NCBI GenBank assembly: GCA_964621445.1
Contig: CAZUNO010000010.1
Span: 1-64,000, forward strand
DNA length: 64,000 nt
Direction of reading: 5' to 3'
Origin: Candidatus Hadarchaeota archaeon
GTDB taxonomy: Archaea > CAYQAE01 > CAYVLA01
Shown here: positions 1 to 9,107 of the stretch, piece after piece
Numbering within the stretch: the stretch's first letter is position 1
How the letters are laid out: each line of letters opens with the position of its first letter
Program-made: the position numbers and the translations under genes
The notes under the pieces: model-generated
The model's database searches: none
What the model was told of the DNA's origin: nothing
The model's input: only the letters and a program-made list of their open reading frames with translations

Positions 1-3
1 AAA

Positions 4-1140
4 CTAATCCTCGTCCAGTTTGCCTTTGGCAAAGTATCGTACTGTTTGATCAATTGCCATCCTGGAGGCTGTCTTGTCGGAGACGCCGTTACCAAGATGT
101 AGCTGGATTGCGCAATAGAGCCCGGTTATGTAATGGGGATCCCAGTCAGCCGTATAATATGATGTATATAATCTGAAAACCCAGTCTATGCCCCTTTGTG
201 GGTCTTTTTCCAGCAGGGATAGAAGAACCCGTACGGATTGGTCGACCTGGCGAAGGTCAAAAAGCTGGGAAAATTCCTCATAACTCCCAATCCGATTAGG
301 GTAGGGTTCAACGGATTTCATCTCATCAAACCTCTCCCCGTCCAATTCCTTATCGCCAACCCAGTTCCGTATCAGTTTCCAGGGGACTCCCTTTCCGGGG
401 CATAGGGTGGATTGCTGCCAGGCCTCCGTGATGTAGAAAGTGATCATATGATGAAGGTTAACTATACCCCCTCCGGATGCACAGATAGCGAGGAATTTTT
501 CATGATCCAGGCCTTGTTGACTGGAAAGTGAATCCTCTTCCAGGACCTTATCTCCATATTGAAAGCGAGAAAGGTACATGATGAAGGAAAGAAGTCCTGT
601 ATACGTGTATTTATGATTGGTATAGATTAGATCCATTACAACTGGCCAGAAACAGGAAATGCTATGACCCAAGCTATTGGGAACGGCGACCGAGCCCAGT
701 TCGAGGAGGGTCCGTATCAAGAGGTCCGGGTCATTTCCAAGGCAACCCAAAGCGTAGTAGAAAGCGTTGTGGGAATTCCCGGAATTCAGCTCATCGATCA
801 TTTTTTCAAGGTAATCCCCCTCTTTTTCCAGAACTCCTTGGTCCGAGGCAGCTATGCCTACCCACTCACGATCAGCCAGGTCAAGGCTAATTAGACGTGC
901 CATCGCAAATTCGGTATCTTTTGAGAAGAGACCCTTCCTGGCCAGCCACCTCATGAAAAGGGCCATCTTAATCCTGTGGAAGCTACCGTAGGGGAGGTTG
1001 GATTCCATCAAGGCAAACGGGCTAACCTCGTCAACTATGCTTACCAGTGACCAGTAATCCAATTTTTTCAAGCGAGCAAAGTACTTCTCTACCTCGCTTC
1101 GGTCTCTGGAAGCCACGGCCTGCTGGATTGTCGAGGTCAT
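4..1140 (-). CDS. Hypothetical helical protein with repeated His motifs (possible metalloprotein)
   Basis: Long ORF. Start trimmed to ATG 1140 (MTSTIQ) to avoid overlap with the next gene. Motifs SLGHSI, NLHHMIT, DPHYITG. Confidence 0.6.
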   Translation of the reverse strand: MTSTIQQAVASRDRSEVEKYFARLKKLDYWSLVSIVDEVSPFALMESNLPYGSFHRIKMALFMRWLARKGLFSKDTEFAMARLISLDLADREWVGIAASDQGVLEKEGDYLEKMIDELNSGNSHNAFYYALGCLGNDPDLLIRTLLELGSVAVPNSLGHSISCFWPVVMDLIYTNHKYTYTGLLSFIMYLSRFQYGDKVLEEDSLSSQQGLDHEKFLAICASGGGIVNLHHMITFYITEAWQQSTLCPGKGVPWKLIRNWVGDKELDGERFDEMKSVEPYPNRIGSYEEFSQLFDLRQVDQSVRVLLSLLEKDPQRGIDWVFRLYTSYYTADWDPHYITGLYCAIQLHLGNGVSDKTASRMAIDQTVRYFAKGKLDED

Positions 1141-1175
1141 TGCAATTCTACCATATTTCGGCTTGACATATTGGG

Positions 1176-1889
1176 TTACTTCTGTTTCAGTATAATGGTC
1201 AGACTCTTGTAATAAAGCTCTGTGAGACCCTCGAAGCCGGAATCCGTTCCGAAAAATATCCACATTCTTCCCTCTTCATCCGTCTTGGCTGCCACCGGAT
1301 TATCCTGGTTATCGCGTTCTATGATTTTATATAGATCGGTACCGTCATCCGGTTTGGCCACCGTACCCAGGACAGTGGCTTGTTCTCCTCCCTGGGATTG
1401 GCCTCCTTTGTCTACATTCAGCCTGAGCCAACCTTGAGAGTCAACATATGGGACTGGTTCCTCAATCGAAACTCCTCCCTTGAGATAGACCGAATCGGCG
1501 GGGCTCCCACCGATGCCAATGCTTCCCTTGGGATATTTACTGGCAAGTTCAACTGAAAAGGCGACATCGTACATGGTTCCGGTTTCCAGATCATCGATCC
1601 TTTTCTTAAAAAACATGAATATATCATCGGCCATATTCATGCTGGAGATGTAGAGAGCTTTTGATTTCCCAAGGTTTTCCGGTAGTTTCCTCCACCCGGA
1701 TCTCAATTGATAGGACCCAGGGTCATGGGTCTCGGGGAGGTCGACCCACCCCGACGTCCAACCATGGTCTCCTGTGGAGAAGTCATAGGTAAAGGTCTCA
1801 GATGCCCCGCCTCTTAATGCCAAGTAACCTATAACGGTGGCCATTAAAACAATTAACACGAGTAAGGAGATGATATTCCTCTTAGACAT
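1176..1889 (-). CDS. Secreted or membrane-anchored hypothetical protein (beta-rich)
   Basis: N-terminal basic plus hydrophobic segment MSKRNIISLLVLIVLM, followed by a soluble domain. Confidence 0.75.
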   Translation of the reverse strand: MSKRNIISLLVLIVLMATVIGYLALRGGASETFTYDFSTGDHGWTSGWVDLPETHDPGSYQLRSGWRKLPENLGKSKALYISSMNMADDIFMFFKKRIDDLETGTMYDVAFSVELASKYPKGSIGIGGSPADSVYLKGGVSIEEPVPYVDSQGWLRLNVDKGGQSQGGEQATVLGTVAKPDDGTDLYKIIERDNQDNPVAAKTDEEGRMWIFFGTDSGFEGLTELYYKSLTIILKQK

Positions 1890-2066
1890 GCATCTCTCAT
1901 CCCACTCTAAGAGGTAACCCGTATATTAAACCTAGATTTTGGAGGATGGATTGCTCCTATCTCGCCTACCGCCCGTTACTCATCCAGTTCTTCTGGGAGT
2001 ACCCAAAAGTAGCATCCCAGGACCAGGAACCCACCCTTTTCATACCGTGCACACAGGAAGTACCAT

Positions 2067-2867
2067 GTGGGTACATTGATCGACGATTTATCGGTTGTTG
2101 ACAAGGTTGCTCTGGTGACCGGGGGTAGCTCCGGAATTGGAAAGGCGACAGCGGAAATTTTAGCCGAAAATGGAGCTAAGGTGGCGGTGTTAGCTAGAAC
2201 TGAGCCTGACTTGAATGAGGTGGTTGAAGAAATATACGATAGGGGTGGACAAGCAATGAGCATCGTGGCCGATGTATCGCGGCCAGATGAGATGTCCGCC
2301 GCGATTAATTCAACCGTCCAGAAATGGTCGGATATCGATATACTGGTTGCAAATGCAGGAATAAATGGAGTTTGGGCCCCTATAGAGGAGCTTGAGCCGG
2401 ACGAATTCCAGAAAACTATCCATGTTAATCTATTCGGGACCTTTCTAGCCATTAAATACGCGGTGCCTTATCTGAAGGGAAATGGATCAGTAGTGATAAC
2501 CTCATCGATAAACGGGACCAGAAAATTTAGCTCGACTGGGGCGACGGCCTATTCGGTAAGCAAGGCTGGTCAGGTGGCCATGATGAAGATGCTCGCTCTG
2601 GAACTGGCTTCCCATGGAATTAGGGTCAATGCCGTCTGCCCCGGGGCAGTTGAAACCAGAATAGAAGAAAGCACCGAGAAGAGGGATATTGAGTCCGAAA
2701 AAGAACCGGTCGTATATCCTGAAGGGAATATACCACTCACTAGGGGAGACCCCTTATGCCCTCAAGATGTGGCCCAGCTGATCCTGTTTCTGGTTTCCGA
2801 TTCCAGCCGATATATCTCCGGGACCGAGGTGTGGATAGATGGGGCTGAATCCCTTCTCCAGGGATAG
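2067..2867 (+). CDS. SDR family NAD(P)-dependent oxidoreductase
   Basis: TGGSSGIG, NAG, YSVSK (YxxxK), VNAVCPG. Confidence 0.95.
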   Translation: MGTLIDDLSVVDKVALVTGGSSGIGKATAEILAENGAKVAVLARTEPDLNEVVEEIYDRGGQAMSIVADVSRPDEMSAAINSTVQKWSDIDILVANAGINGVWAPIEELEPDEFQKTIHVNLFGTFLAIKYAVPYLKGNGSVVITSSINGTRKFSSTGATAYSVSKAGQVAMMKMLALELASHGIRVNAVCPGAVETRIEESTEKRDIESEKEPVVYPEGNIPLTRGDPLCPQDVAQLILFLVSDSSRYISGTEVWIDGAESLLQG

Positions 2868-2962
2868 TTATTTTCCCCTAGCGATATGCCGATGACGGTT
2901 CATGGCGAACTCTCACCGGGACCTAGGAAAAATAGTAAAGCTCCAATTCGCGAGTCCTTCAC

Positions 2963-3313
2963 ATGCCGGAGTCCATAGAAGTAAAGACCGTGGAGGGAAC
3001 GGAATCCAGTGCCCATGTCTCCAGATTTGGAGGTTTCCCGGACCAGGGGATATGCGGGTTTAGAGATGAATGGCAGCCCGGAATACTGCATGCGGTTAGC
3101 TTCCATGATTCAGAACCCCATCATCATGAAGATATGGAGGAAATATTTCTGGTATTGAGGGGTTCGGGTCACATTGTCCTTGGGGACGAGGAGATCCGAG
3201 TGGGCCAGTGGGACACGGTTCGGGTCCCTAAAAACGTGGAGCACATGGGTATTCCGGACGAGGAAGGCGAACTGGTGGTCGCAGTTTACTTCCTTAGATC
3301 CGATGCTGACTAA
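2963..3313 (+). CDS. Cupin domain protein
   Basis: PHHHEDMEEIFLVLRGSG ... PKNVEH cupin motifs. Confidence 0.85.
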   Translation: MPESIEVKTVEGTESSAHVSRFGGFPDQGICGFRDEWQPGILHAVSFHDSEPHHHEDMEEIFLVLRGSGHIVLGDEEIRVGQWDTVRVPKNVEHMGIPDEEGELVVAVYFLRSDAD

Positions 3314-3333
3314 TTCAAAGGGAGGTTACAAGG

Positions 3334-4032
3334 CTGGAAAAGATCGTTCTCTACCTTGATATGGAACATCCCTCCTATTTTCGACATGAAGACGATTTGG
3401 GTCAACACCTCGAAAAGTTGAAACTAGCCAGGGGAAGAATGGGTAGTATCGCAGGTGTTCCATGCCTTTCTCAGAGCTTTATCAGGTTCGATTCCTCTTC
3501 CATAGGTGAGCTGCCGGTAATGGCCCTGGTAATAGGTGGCAATGCCACGGACTGGGATGAGTATAGAGATGAGTCATTGGCTGATATTCGTGAAGTTATC
3601 AGGAAGGTCGACCTTCCAATTTTAGGAATATGTGGCGGTCACCAGCTGATATGTATGGCATTGGGGGGAAAGGTGGCTCCCATGGGGAGATTAAACGATG
3701 GGGAGACGGATCCGAAGCCTGACTACAGGCCCGGCTTCTTCAAAGAGCGGGGATTCAAGGAGATTGAGATAACTGCGGATTCCCGGCTTTGGAATGATTT
3801 ACCGGACAGGATTATCGTTTCTCAATCACATTACTGTGAGGTTAAGAGAGTTCCCGAGAAGTTCAGTATCATAGCTAGGTCCAGTAACTGCCCTGTCCAG
3901 GCCGTGTCCCACTCAAAACGACCAATTTTCGGAGTTCAATTTCATCCCGAGAGATTTGACCCTACGCATATCCATGGTAGGACGGTTCTTGAGAATTTCT
4001 TCCATATATCCGAAGAGTTCACCTCTCGCTAA
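3334..4032 (+). CDS. Class I glutamine amidotransferase (GMP synthase A-like / peptidase C26-like)
   Basis: GICGGHQ nucleophile elbow and FHPE. Probable CTG start at 3334 after GGAGGT; the track start is ATG 3361. Confidence 0.85.
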   Translation: MEKIVLYLDMEHPSYFRHEDDLGQHLEKLKLARGRMGSIAGVPCLSQSFIRFDSSSIGELPVMALVIGGNATDWDEYRDESLADIREVIRKVDLPILGICGGHQLICMALGGKVAPMGRLNDGETDPKPDYRPGFFKERGFKEIEITADSRLWNDLPDRIIVSQSHYCEVKRVPEKFSIIARSSNCPVQAVSHSKRPIFGVQFHPERFDPTHIHGRTVLENFFHISEEFTSR

Positions 4033-5086
4033 AACTATCGGCGAATTCCCGGGCCTCTGGGCCCTGGAGGAAACTAACCTCGATTTCGTAGGACCTCTTT
4101 TCGCCCGGTTCCAGGAACTGGAGTATTCCTCTTTCTCGGTCCTTATCCCTTCCCTCTACCCAACAGTTTGAGGGCTCCATGCCCACCACGTAGGTGGATT
4201 CTCCCATCATCTTCCATTCTATGAATCTCGGCAACTGCTCCTTTCTATAGCATAGCTTTATTCCAATATCACGGCTCTCGTTTACTATGCCCACATTGAC
4301 AAGTCCGGATGAATCAGGATTCATGTCGTGGTAGAAAACCTGTTCTTCATAGCCAGGAATGGGTTCAGAGAAGGTGAAGTACTCATCAATCCCCTTTTCC
4401 GCCTCTTCATCACGAGGTATGACCTCTCTGGAGTTGTGAACCAGTCTGGACCCCTTGTCAACGACCGGAAATCCCATGTTCATATGATACACTATCATGT
4501 GGGGTGAGGTGGAGTATCCGGTATTCTCGACGATGTCCTTGATCCATAGTTTGGACTCTCCTAGACGGGCCACGATTTGCCGTCTTAGAACGATTGTTGG
4601 TTCAAAGACCTTTGCCTGCACGATCTCGCCGCTGAGTTTCATGGAGTATTCATCCCCCTCCCAGCCCTCATTCACCGATATCTTTTGGGCTGGTATGTTG
4701 GAGGCTCTCCCATGGAGTCCGAGCTCCTCTTCCTGGTCAACCGTGGGCGCTCCCGCATATGTGAGTCCACATGTGACCAGGAGACCGCCGTGAAAGCCTC
4801 TAAGCCACTCATCCCCCCGGCTATCATAGAATGATGGAGCCGTTCTGCCGGTGGGGGATGCCCAGCTAATTGGTATGCCGCACCAGGAGGCCTCTGCTAT
4901 ATCCATCCCCCTGTCGGGCAAGGCCGTGAATTCCAGACCAGACCCGGTTCTAAAGATCGCGGCTGAGGTGCCTTTTTCCTTCCCGTCCTGAAGCTCGGCG
5001 AGATCAATACCGCCAATTTGGCGAATATCCCCAACTCTCTTGGATAATTCGTCCCGACTGAAATTTTGGCCAAATAGCTTTACCAT
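4019..5086 (-). CDS. Aldose 1-epimerase family protein (DUF4432-like)
   Basis: DRGMDI, GGLLVTCGL, LHGR, YHMNMGFP, GMEP motifs. Confidence 0.85.
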   Translation of the reverse strand: MVKLFGQNFSRDELSKRVGDIRQIGGIDLAELQDGKEKGTSAAIFRTGSGLEFTALPDRGMDIAEASWCGIPISWASPTGRTAPSFYDSRGDEWLRGFHGGLLVTCGLTYAGAPTVDQEEELGLHGRASNIPAQKISVNEGWEGDEYSMKLSGEIVQAKVFEPTIVLRRQIVARLGESKLWIKDIVENTGYSTSPHMIVYHMNMGFPVVDKGSRLVHNSREVIPRDEEAEKGIDEYFTFSEPIPGYEEQVFYHDMNPDSSGLVNVGIVNESRDIGIKLCYRKEQLPRFIEWKMMGESTYVVGMEPSNCWVEGRDKDRERGILQFLEPGEKRSYEIEVSFLQGPEAREFADSFSER

Positions 5087-5197
5087 GCAAAATCTCCTCT
5101 TCCTTTGATGATTAACGAACTAATAATTGTCTTTCCATGATTGAAAAAAAGAATACTACCATGGCTAGATACTCGAAACCCGAGTGCCGCATTATAC

Positions 5198-5205
5198 TTT
5201 TAATT
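5198..5205 (+). promoter_or_regulatory. Archaeal TATA box (likely leaderless transcript)
   Basis: TTTTAATT ending 22 nt before GTG 5228. Confidence 0.5.
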
Positions 5206-5227
5206 CATTAGCAGTTTAAACCGTCTC

Positions 5228-6478
5228 GTGTTTTGGAAACAATTTGCTCTACCTCTGCTTATCCTTCTCCTTCTCTCCTTTCATGGCGTTTGTAGGGCGG
5301 AGCAGGAGGGGGATAGAATCAAGGTGTTTCTTATCGGAGAGGTATATCCCCAGGAATGTCCGCTTCCCCTGCTGTTCGATGATGATCCCCTTTATGACTA
5401 TGTGGCAATACGGACACGAGAGGGCCCAGCAGGTAAGCTTACACATGACATGAAAATGAGGTATATTAGGCTCTATTTTCCCAGGAGTGAGGGGGAGTTA
5501 CGGAAGTTTTCGATGATTTTTTTCGTCGATGCCGACGTGTCCATATTCTCGGGAAAACAATCTCAACAGATGTTCGATGCCATAAGTGAGGGGAGTGCTG
5601 GTTCATTTTTCACCTTCGGTCCCGAATTTCCTTCCGTTCAGTCCTCAATTCTGGGAAGGGTTGTACCACATGACATGTCGGTTCCCCTTGACATGGACTG
5701 GACACACCGATCATACAAAGTGAGGTTCGTACGAGGGCTTCCACCAGTGTTCACCCCCTTCATAGAGCTGGGAGTGGAAGGGGCGGTAGGCATAGGATGT
5801 GGTTTCCTGGAACCAAGAACCGGCGCAAAGGCATGGGGCTATCTGGTTCCCGAAAGATATGGTCCCTGGATTCTTGAGTGGAAATATGATGGGAACGGTG
5901 GGAATTGTTGGGTTGTTGCGGATGACCTGGATCATAGCTGGTGGGGCAATATACATGCCAGTATTCACGGGCTATCTGAGAATCCATGGGCAATGGACAT
6001 AATGTCGAACCTGATCCTATATTCCGCCGATAGGGAACTGCCTGAGGACGTGGTTATCGTCTCAAAGGCCAGGGACGGGTTTTGGGAATACAGGACCGAA
6101 AAATCCATAATCCTTTCCCTCATGGATTGGGTGGAGAGATTCGGAGCTAGTACAGATTCGTTTGCCCGGGAACTGGCGGAAACGGATCAGAATTTGGTCA
6201 GGGCCAGCGATCTTTACATAAACGGTGATTATTCCTCGGCCCTAGCTGAACTTGAGGAGGCTAAGGAAAAGGCCCTTGAACTCCGAGATGAGGTGCTCGG
6301 GGCCAAGGACCGGGCCCTGCTCTGGGTTTACGTCATAGAATATCTCACCATTTCGGGAACTGCCGTAATATCTGGGTTTGTAATCTGGACCCTAATGGTG
6401 CGGCGCCGCCTTTACAGATCTGTAGGTAAGACGACCTTCGATTCGAATAGCAAAAATACCGACGAGCTAAAGAGGTAG
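5228..6478 (+). CDS. Surface family A paralog 1 (signal peptide, GATase-like ectodomain, helical stalk, C-terminal TM)
   Basis: IRLYFPRS, ERFGAST, ALLWVYVIEY, WTLMVRRRLY shared with six other ORFs in the window. Confidence 0.85.
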   Translation: MFWKQFALPLLILLLLSFHGVCRAEQEGDRIKVFLIGEVYPQECPLPLLFDDDPLYDYVAIRTREGPAGKLTHDMKMRYIRLYFPRSEGELRKFSMIFFVDADVSIFSGKQSQQMFDAISEGSAGSFFTFGPEFPSVQSSILGRVVPHDMSVPLDMDWTHRSYKVRFVRGLPPVFTPFIELGVEGAVGIGCGFLEPRTGAKAWGYLVPERYGPWILEWKYDGNGGNCWVVADDLDHSWWGNIHASIHGLSENPWAMDIMSNLILYSADRELPEDVVIVSKARDGFWEYRTEKSIILSLMDWVERFGASTDSFARELAETDQNLVRASDLYINGDYSSALAELEEAKEKALELRDEVLGAKDRALLWVYVIEYLTISGTAVISGFVIWTLMVRRRLYRSVGKTTFDSNSKNTDELKR

Positions 6479-7465
6479 CTCAACGGGGCTTTTCTGCCTT
6501 GAAGATTCATATATGGCTAGTGAAAGTTCCAGGGCTTTCCGTCCATCTTCAGCTGAGACCGCAGGCGGATCATCATTAATGACGCTGTTAATGAATTGAT
6601 CTAACTGAACCATGGTGGTATCTACCTTCTCGCTGGAAAACTCCACCCTCTCCCATTCATCATCTTCCTTGTCTCTTACGGCAAGGCCACCATTGGCAAA
6701 TGACAGGGCTCCCTTGGTTCCGTTAAATTCAAACGGTGGAGCGGTCGATCCCTTTATGCCGGTGCTGGCCATTATATTAAGGGTGGCGCCGGATTTGAAT
6801 TTGATTATGCCGGTGGCCGTGTCCTCTACCTCCATGTCGTGGAAAAGATTCTCATAATAGCCGATTACCATTTTTGCCTCGCCCATCCACCAGGAGAGCG
6901 AATCGAGGTGGTGGGTGGCCTGATTCATCAATACGCCCCCTCCCTGGGTTTCCCACTTGGTTTTCCAATCTACCTGGTAGTACTTCTTCGTTCTCCAGGA
7001 CTTGACAACGCTGTTGGCGTAAAGGAGTTTGCCCACTACCTCCTCATCAAGGAGTTCCTTAATCTTCTGGTAAGAGGGCTTCCACCTGTAGTTATAGCCA
7101 ACGTAGATCTTATTTCCGGTTTCCTCTACCCTCTTGACCATCTCATTTGCCTCATCCATGGTGTTGCACATGGGCTTCTCCACCAGAACGTCCAATCCCG
7201 CGTCGAGACAATCCAGCGACATGGGGGCATGGAGATAGTTGGGGGTGGAAATTATGGTTGCATCGAGATCCTCCGCGTCCAGCATGGCCTTATAATCCTT
7301 GTACCATGAATCCGCACCCAATTCCTCAGCGGCTTCCTCTGCCGCTTGCTCCACAATATCGGCTATACTTACCAGTTCACACCTATCGGAATCAACTACG
7401 CGCCTGGCATGGCCGTGGCCACGCCCCAGCCCGATGATGCCTATTCTTATCTTATCCAATATCAA
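6467..7465 (-). CDS. Gfo/Idh/MocA family oxidoreductase
   Basis: IGIIGLG, STPNYLH, VEKP, GGGVLMNQATHHLD. Confidence 0.95.
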   Translation of the reverse strand: MILDKIRIGIIGLGRGHGHARRVVDSDRCELVSIADIVEQAAEEAAEELGADSWYKDYKAMLDAEDLDATIISTPNYLHAPMSLDCLDAGLDVLVEKPMCNTMDEANEMVKRVEETGNKIYVGYNYRWKPSYQKIKELLDEEVVGKLLYANSVVKSWRTKKYYQVDWKTKWETQGGGVLMNQATHHLDSLSWWMGEAKMVIGYYENLFHDMEVEDTATGIIKFKSGATLNIMASTGIKGSTAPPFEFNGTKGALSFANGGLAVRDKEDDEWERVEFSSEKVDTTMVQLDQFINSVINDDPPAVSAEDGRKALELSLAIYESSRQKSPVELPL

Positions 7466-7531
7466 ACTACCTCTACTAGAGTGGACACCATTCGGTCTCC
7501 TGAAAAATATTTGCCATGGTTCAAAACCGGA

Positions 7532-7861
7532 TTACTCCAGCCCCTCGACCCATTTCTCGGCTTCCTCGAGGCTTCTCCGGTGCCTGGCATATGCAAGGCC
7601 AAAGGCAGCCGGTATGGAGCTGGAGATCAGGACAAATATTATCTGGACGACTGGATCCTGGAGGGGTGATTTGAGATTGGTTCTGCCTATTACGTAAGGA
7701 ACGGCGATTATGAGTCCCAGGAAAACGACCACTAGCCATATTGCAGAGACCAATCTAAGGGCAAACGTGGCACGTCCCATCCTGAACCTCATTTCAGTAA
7801 GGGATTTATCCCATATTAGTTGTTCGGAGATTGATGATGAAAATATTCTTATCTCCCACAT
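7532..7861 (-). CDS. Small two-TM membrane protein
   Basis: Two hydrophobic helices; true start probably at MRFRMG. Confidence 0.55.
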   Translation of the reverse strand: MWEIRIFSSSISEQLIWDKSLTEMRFRMGRATFALRLVSAIWLVVVFLGLIIAVPYVIGRTNLKSPLQDPVVQIIFVLISSSIPAAFGLAYARHRRSLEEAEKWVEGLE

Positions 7862-8499
7862 GGTGCATGGACTTTATGAGAATTGCCGAAACGATATCAT
7901 ATTCGGCCCATTATTCTACCCAGTTCATGGAGGAACTTGGCAAACTTCTCATCCTGGCCGCCCTCGCCGTAGTCCCGGTGGCAAATATCATTGTCCTTGG
8001 ATACCTGGCCAGGGTCATGGCATCCCAACCGGAGAATACGGACCTCCCCGGTATAGAGGGATGGCTGGAGATGTTTCTCCAGGGCCTAAATCTGATGATA
8101 ATCTCCCTTTGCTATCTCTCAGCCGGTATTGTAATAACCGTTGTTCTCTTCTACCTTGGCTCCTTGGCACTATCGTTGATTGGTTGGATAATATTTCTTC
8201 TGGGTCTTATAGTACTGCCCATAGCGTGGATGCACTCCGTCCGACGAGGAGAAGTTTCAGGTGGATTCGATTTTAGGGCAATTTTTGAAAAGATATCATC
8301 GATTGGGTGGATAGATTATCTGTTATGGCTTATAGTAGTCCTTATCTTGTCGGGGGGTTTATTTGCCCTGCTGGTATTGATCCCCATAATAGGGTGGTTC
8401 ATTACCCTGTTAATAAGTCCAGCGGTTGGCGTTTTTGTTTCTAGATCCATTGCCCTGGTCTATTCAGAGCGGATAGGTCCTCCCCCTAGGAATTTCTAG
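7831..8499 (+). CDS. DUF4013-like multi-pass membrane protein
   Basis: IVLGY..RV, LPG..GW.EMFLQGL, LIPIIGW pattern; several TM helices; start likely 7867 or 7876. Confidence 0.75.
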   Translation: MMMKIFLSPTWCMDFMRIAETISYSAHYSTQFMEELGKLLILAALAVVPVANIIVLGYLARVMASQPENTDLPGIEGWLEMFLQGLNLMIISLCYLSAGIVITVVLFYLGSLALSLIGWIIFLLGLIVLPIAWMHSVRRGEVSGGFDFRAIFEKISSIGWIDYLLWLIVVLILSGGLFALLVLIPIIGWFITLLISPAVGVFVSRSIALVYSERIGPPPRNF

Positions 8500-9052
8500 C
8501 TGCAGCCAACATCTCTAGAAGTTGGGGAAGAGATTCTATTGGGTAATCCAGCTTACCGGCCAGATTTCTTATCTTGACCCCCTCTACGGGGATCTCACCA
8601 GCCCGGTTGCTTAATACCCCGGGCCTCTTTAAAGGAAATGGCACGTGGTTCATCTTACTTAGGACCACCTTATTCCATGATGAACGATGGATGGCCTCCA
8701 AAACCTGCTCGCTATCACTGAACTTGCCAGATTCCGTGAAACAGAGCTCAGCGATCTGGCTGGCGGTGAGGGTCTTCTTGCCATCGATATCGAAGTGTTT
8801 TCCCTCTCCTCCCAGAGCTCTTACCATCTGTCTTTTGGTAGTTATTGGAAACCCTGCGGACTGAAGGAGTCCTTCTAGACCGTCATTTCCCCGTTGGGAT
8901 CTTTCAGATTCGATCTGGACTTCAGCCTTCTCGGCTTCCTGGGCCTTTCCGGATTTGTAGAAGATGCCCTCCCCATTTCCATCGGCTTTACTTTTCCGAA
9001 GCTTGAGCTTTTCAAACATGGCTCCTTCCCAGTCAATGGTACTCCTTTCCAC
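8486..9052 (-). CDS. Hypothetical protein with MTH865-like FP/YP repeats
   Basis: Repeated AGFPIT / VPFPLK / LDYPIES units. Confidence 0.5.
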   Translation of the reverse strand: MERSTIDWEGAMFEKLKLRKSKADGNGEGIFYKSGKAQEAEKAEVQIESERSQRGNDGLEGLLQSAGFPITTKRQMVRALGGEGKHFDIDGKKTLTASQIAELCFTESGKFSDSEQVLEAIHRSSWNKVVLSKMNHVPFPLKRPGVLSNRAGEIPVEGVKIRNLAGKLDYPIESLPQLLEMLAAARNS

Positions 9053-9107
9053 TTATTAGGGTAATGAAACCCTTGCCCGGTTGTTCCGCTAGTGTTTATT
9101 AGAGGCC

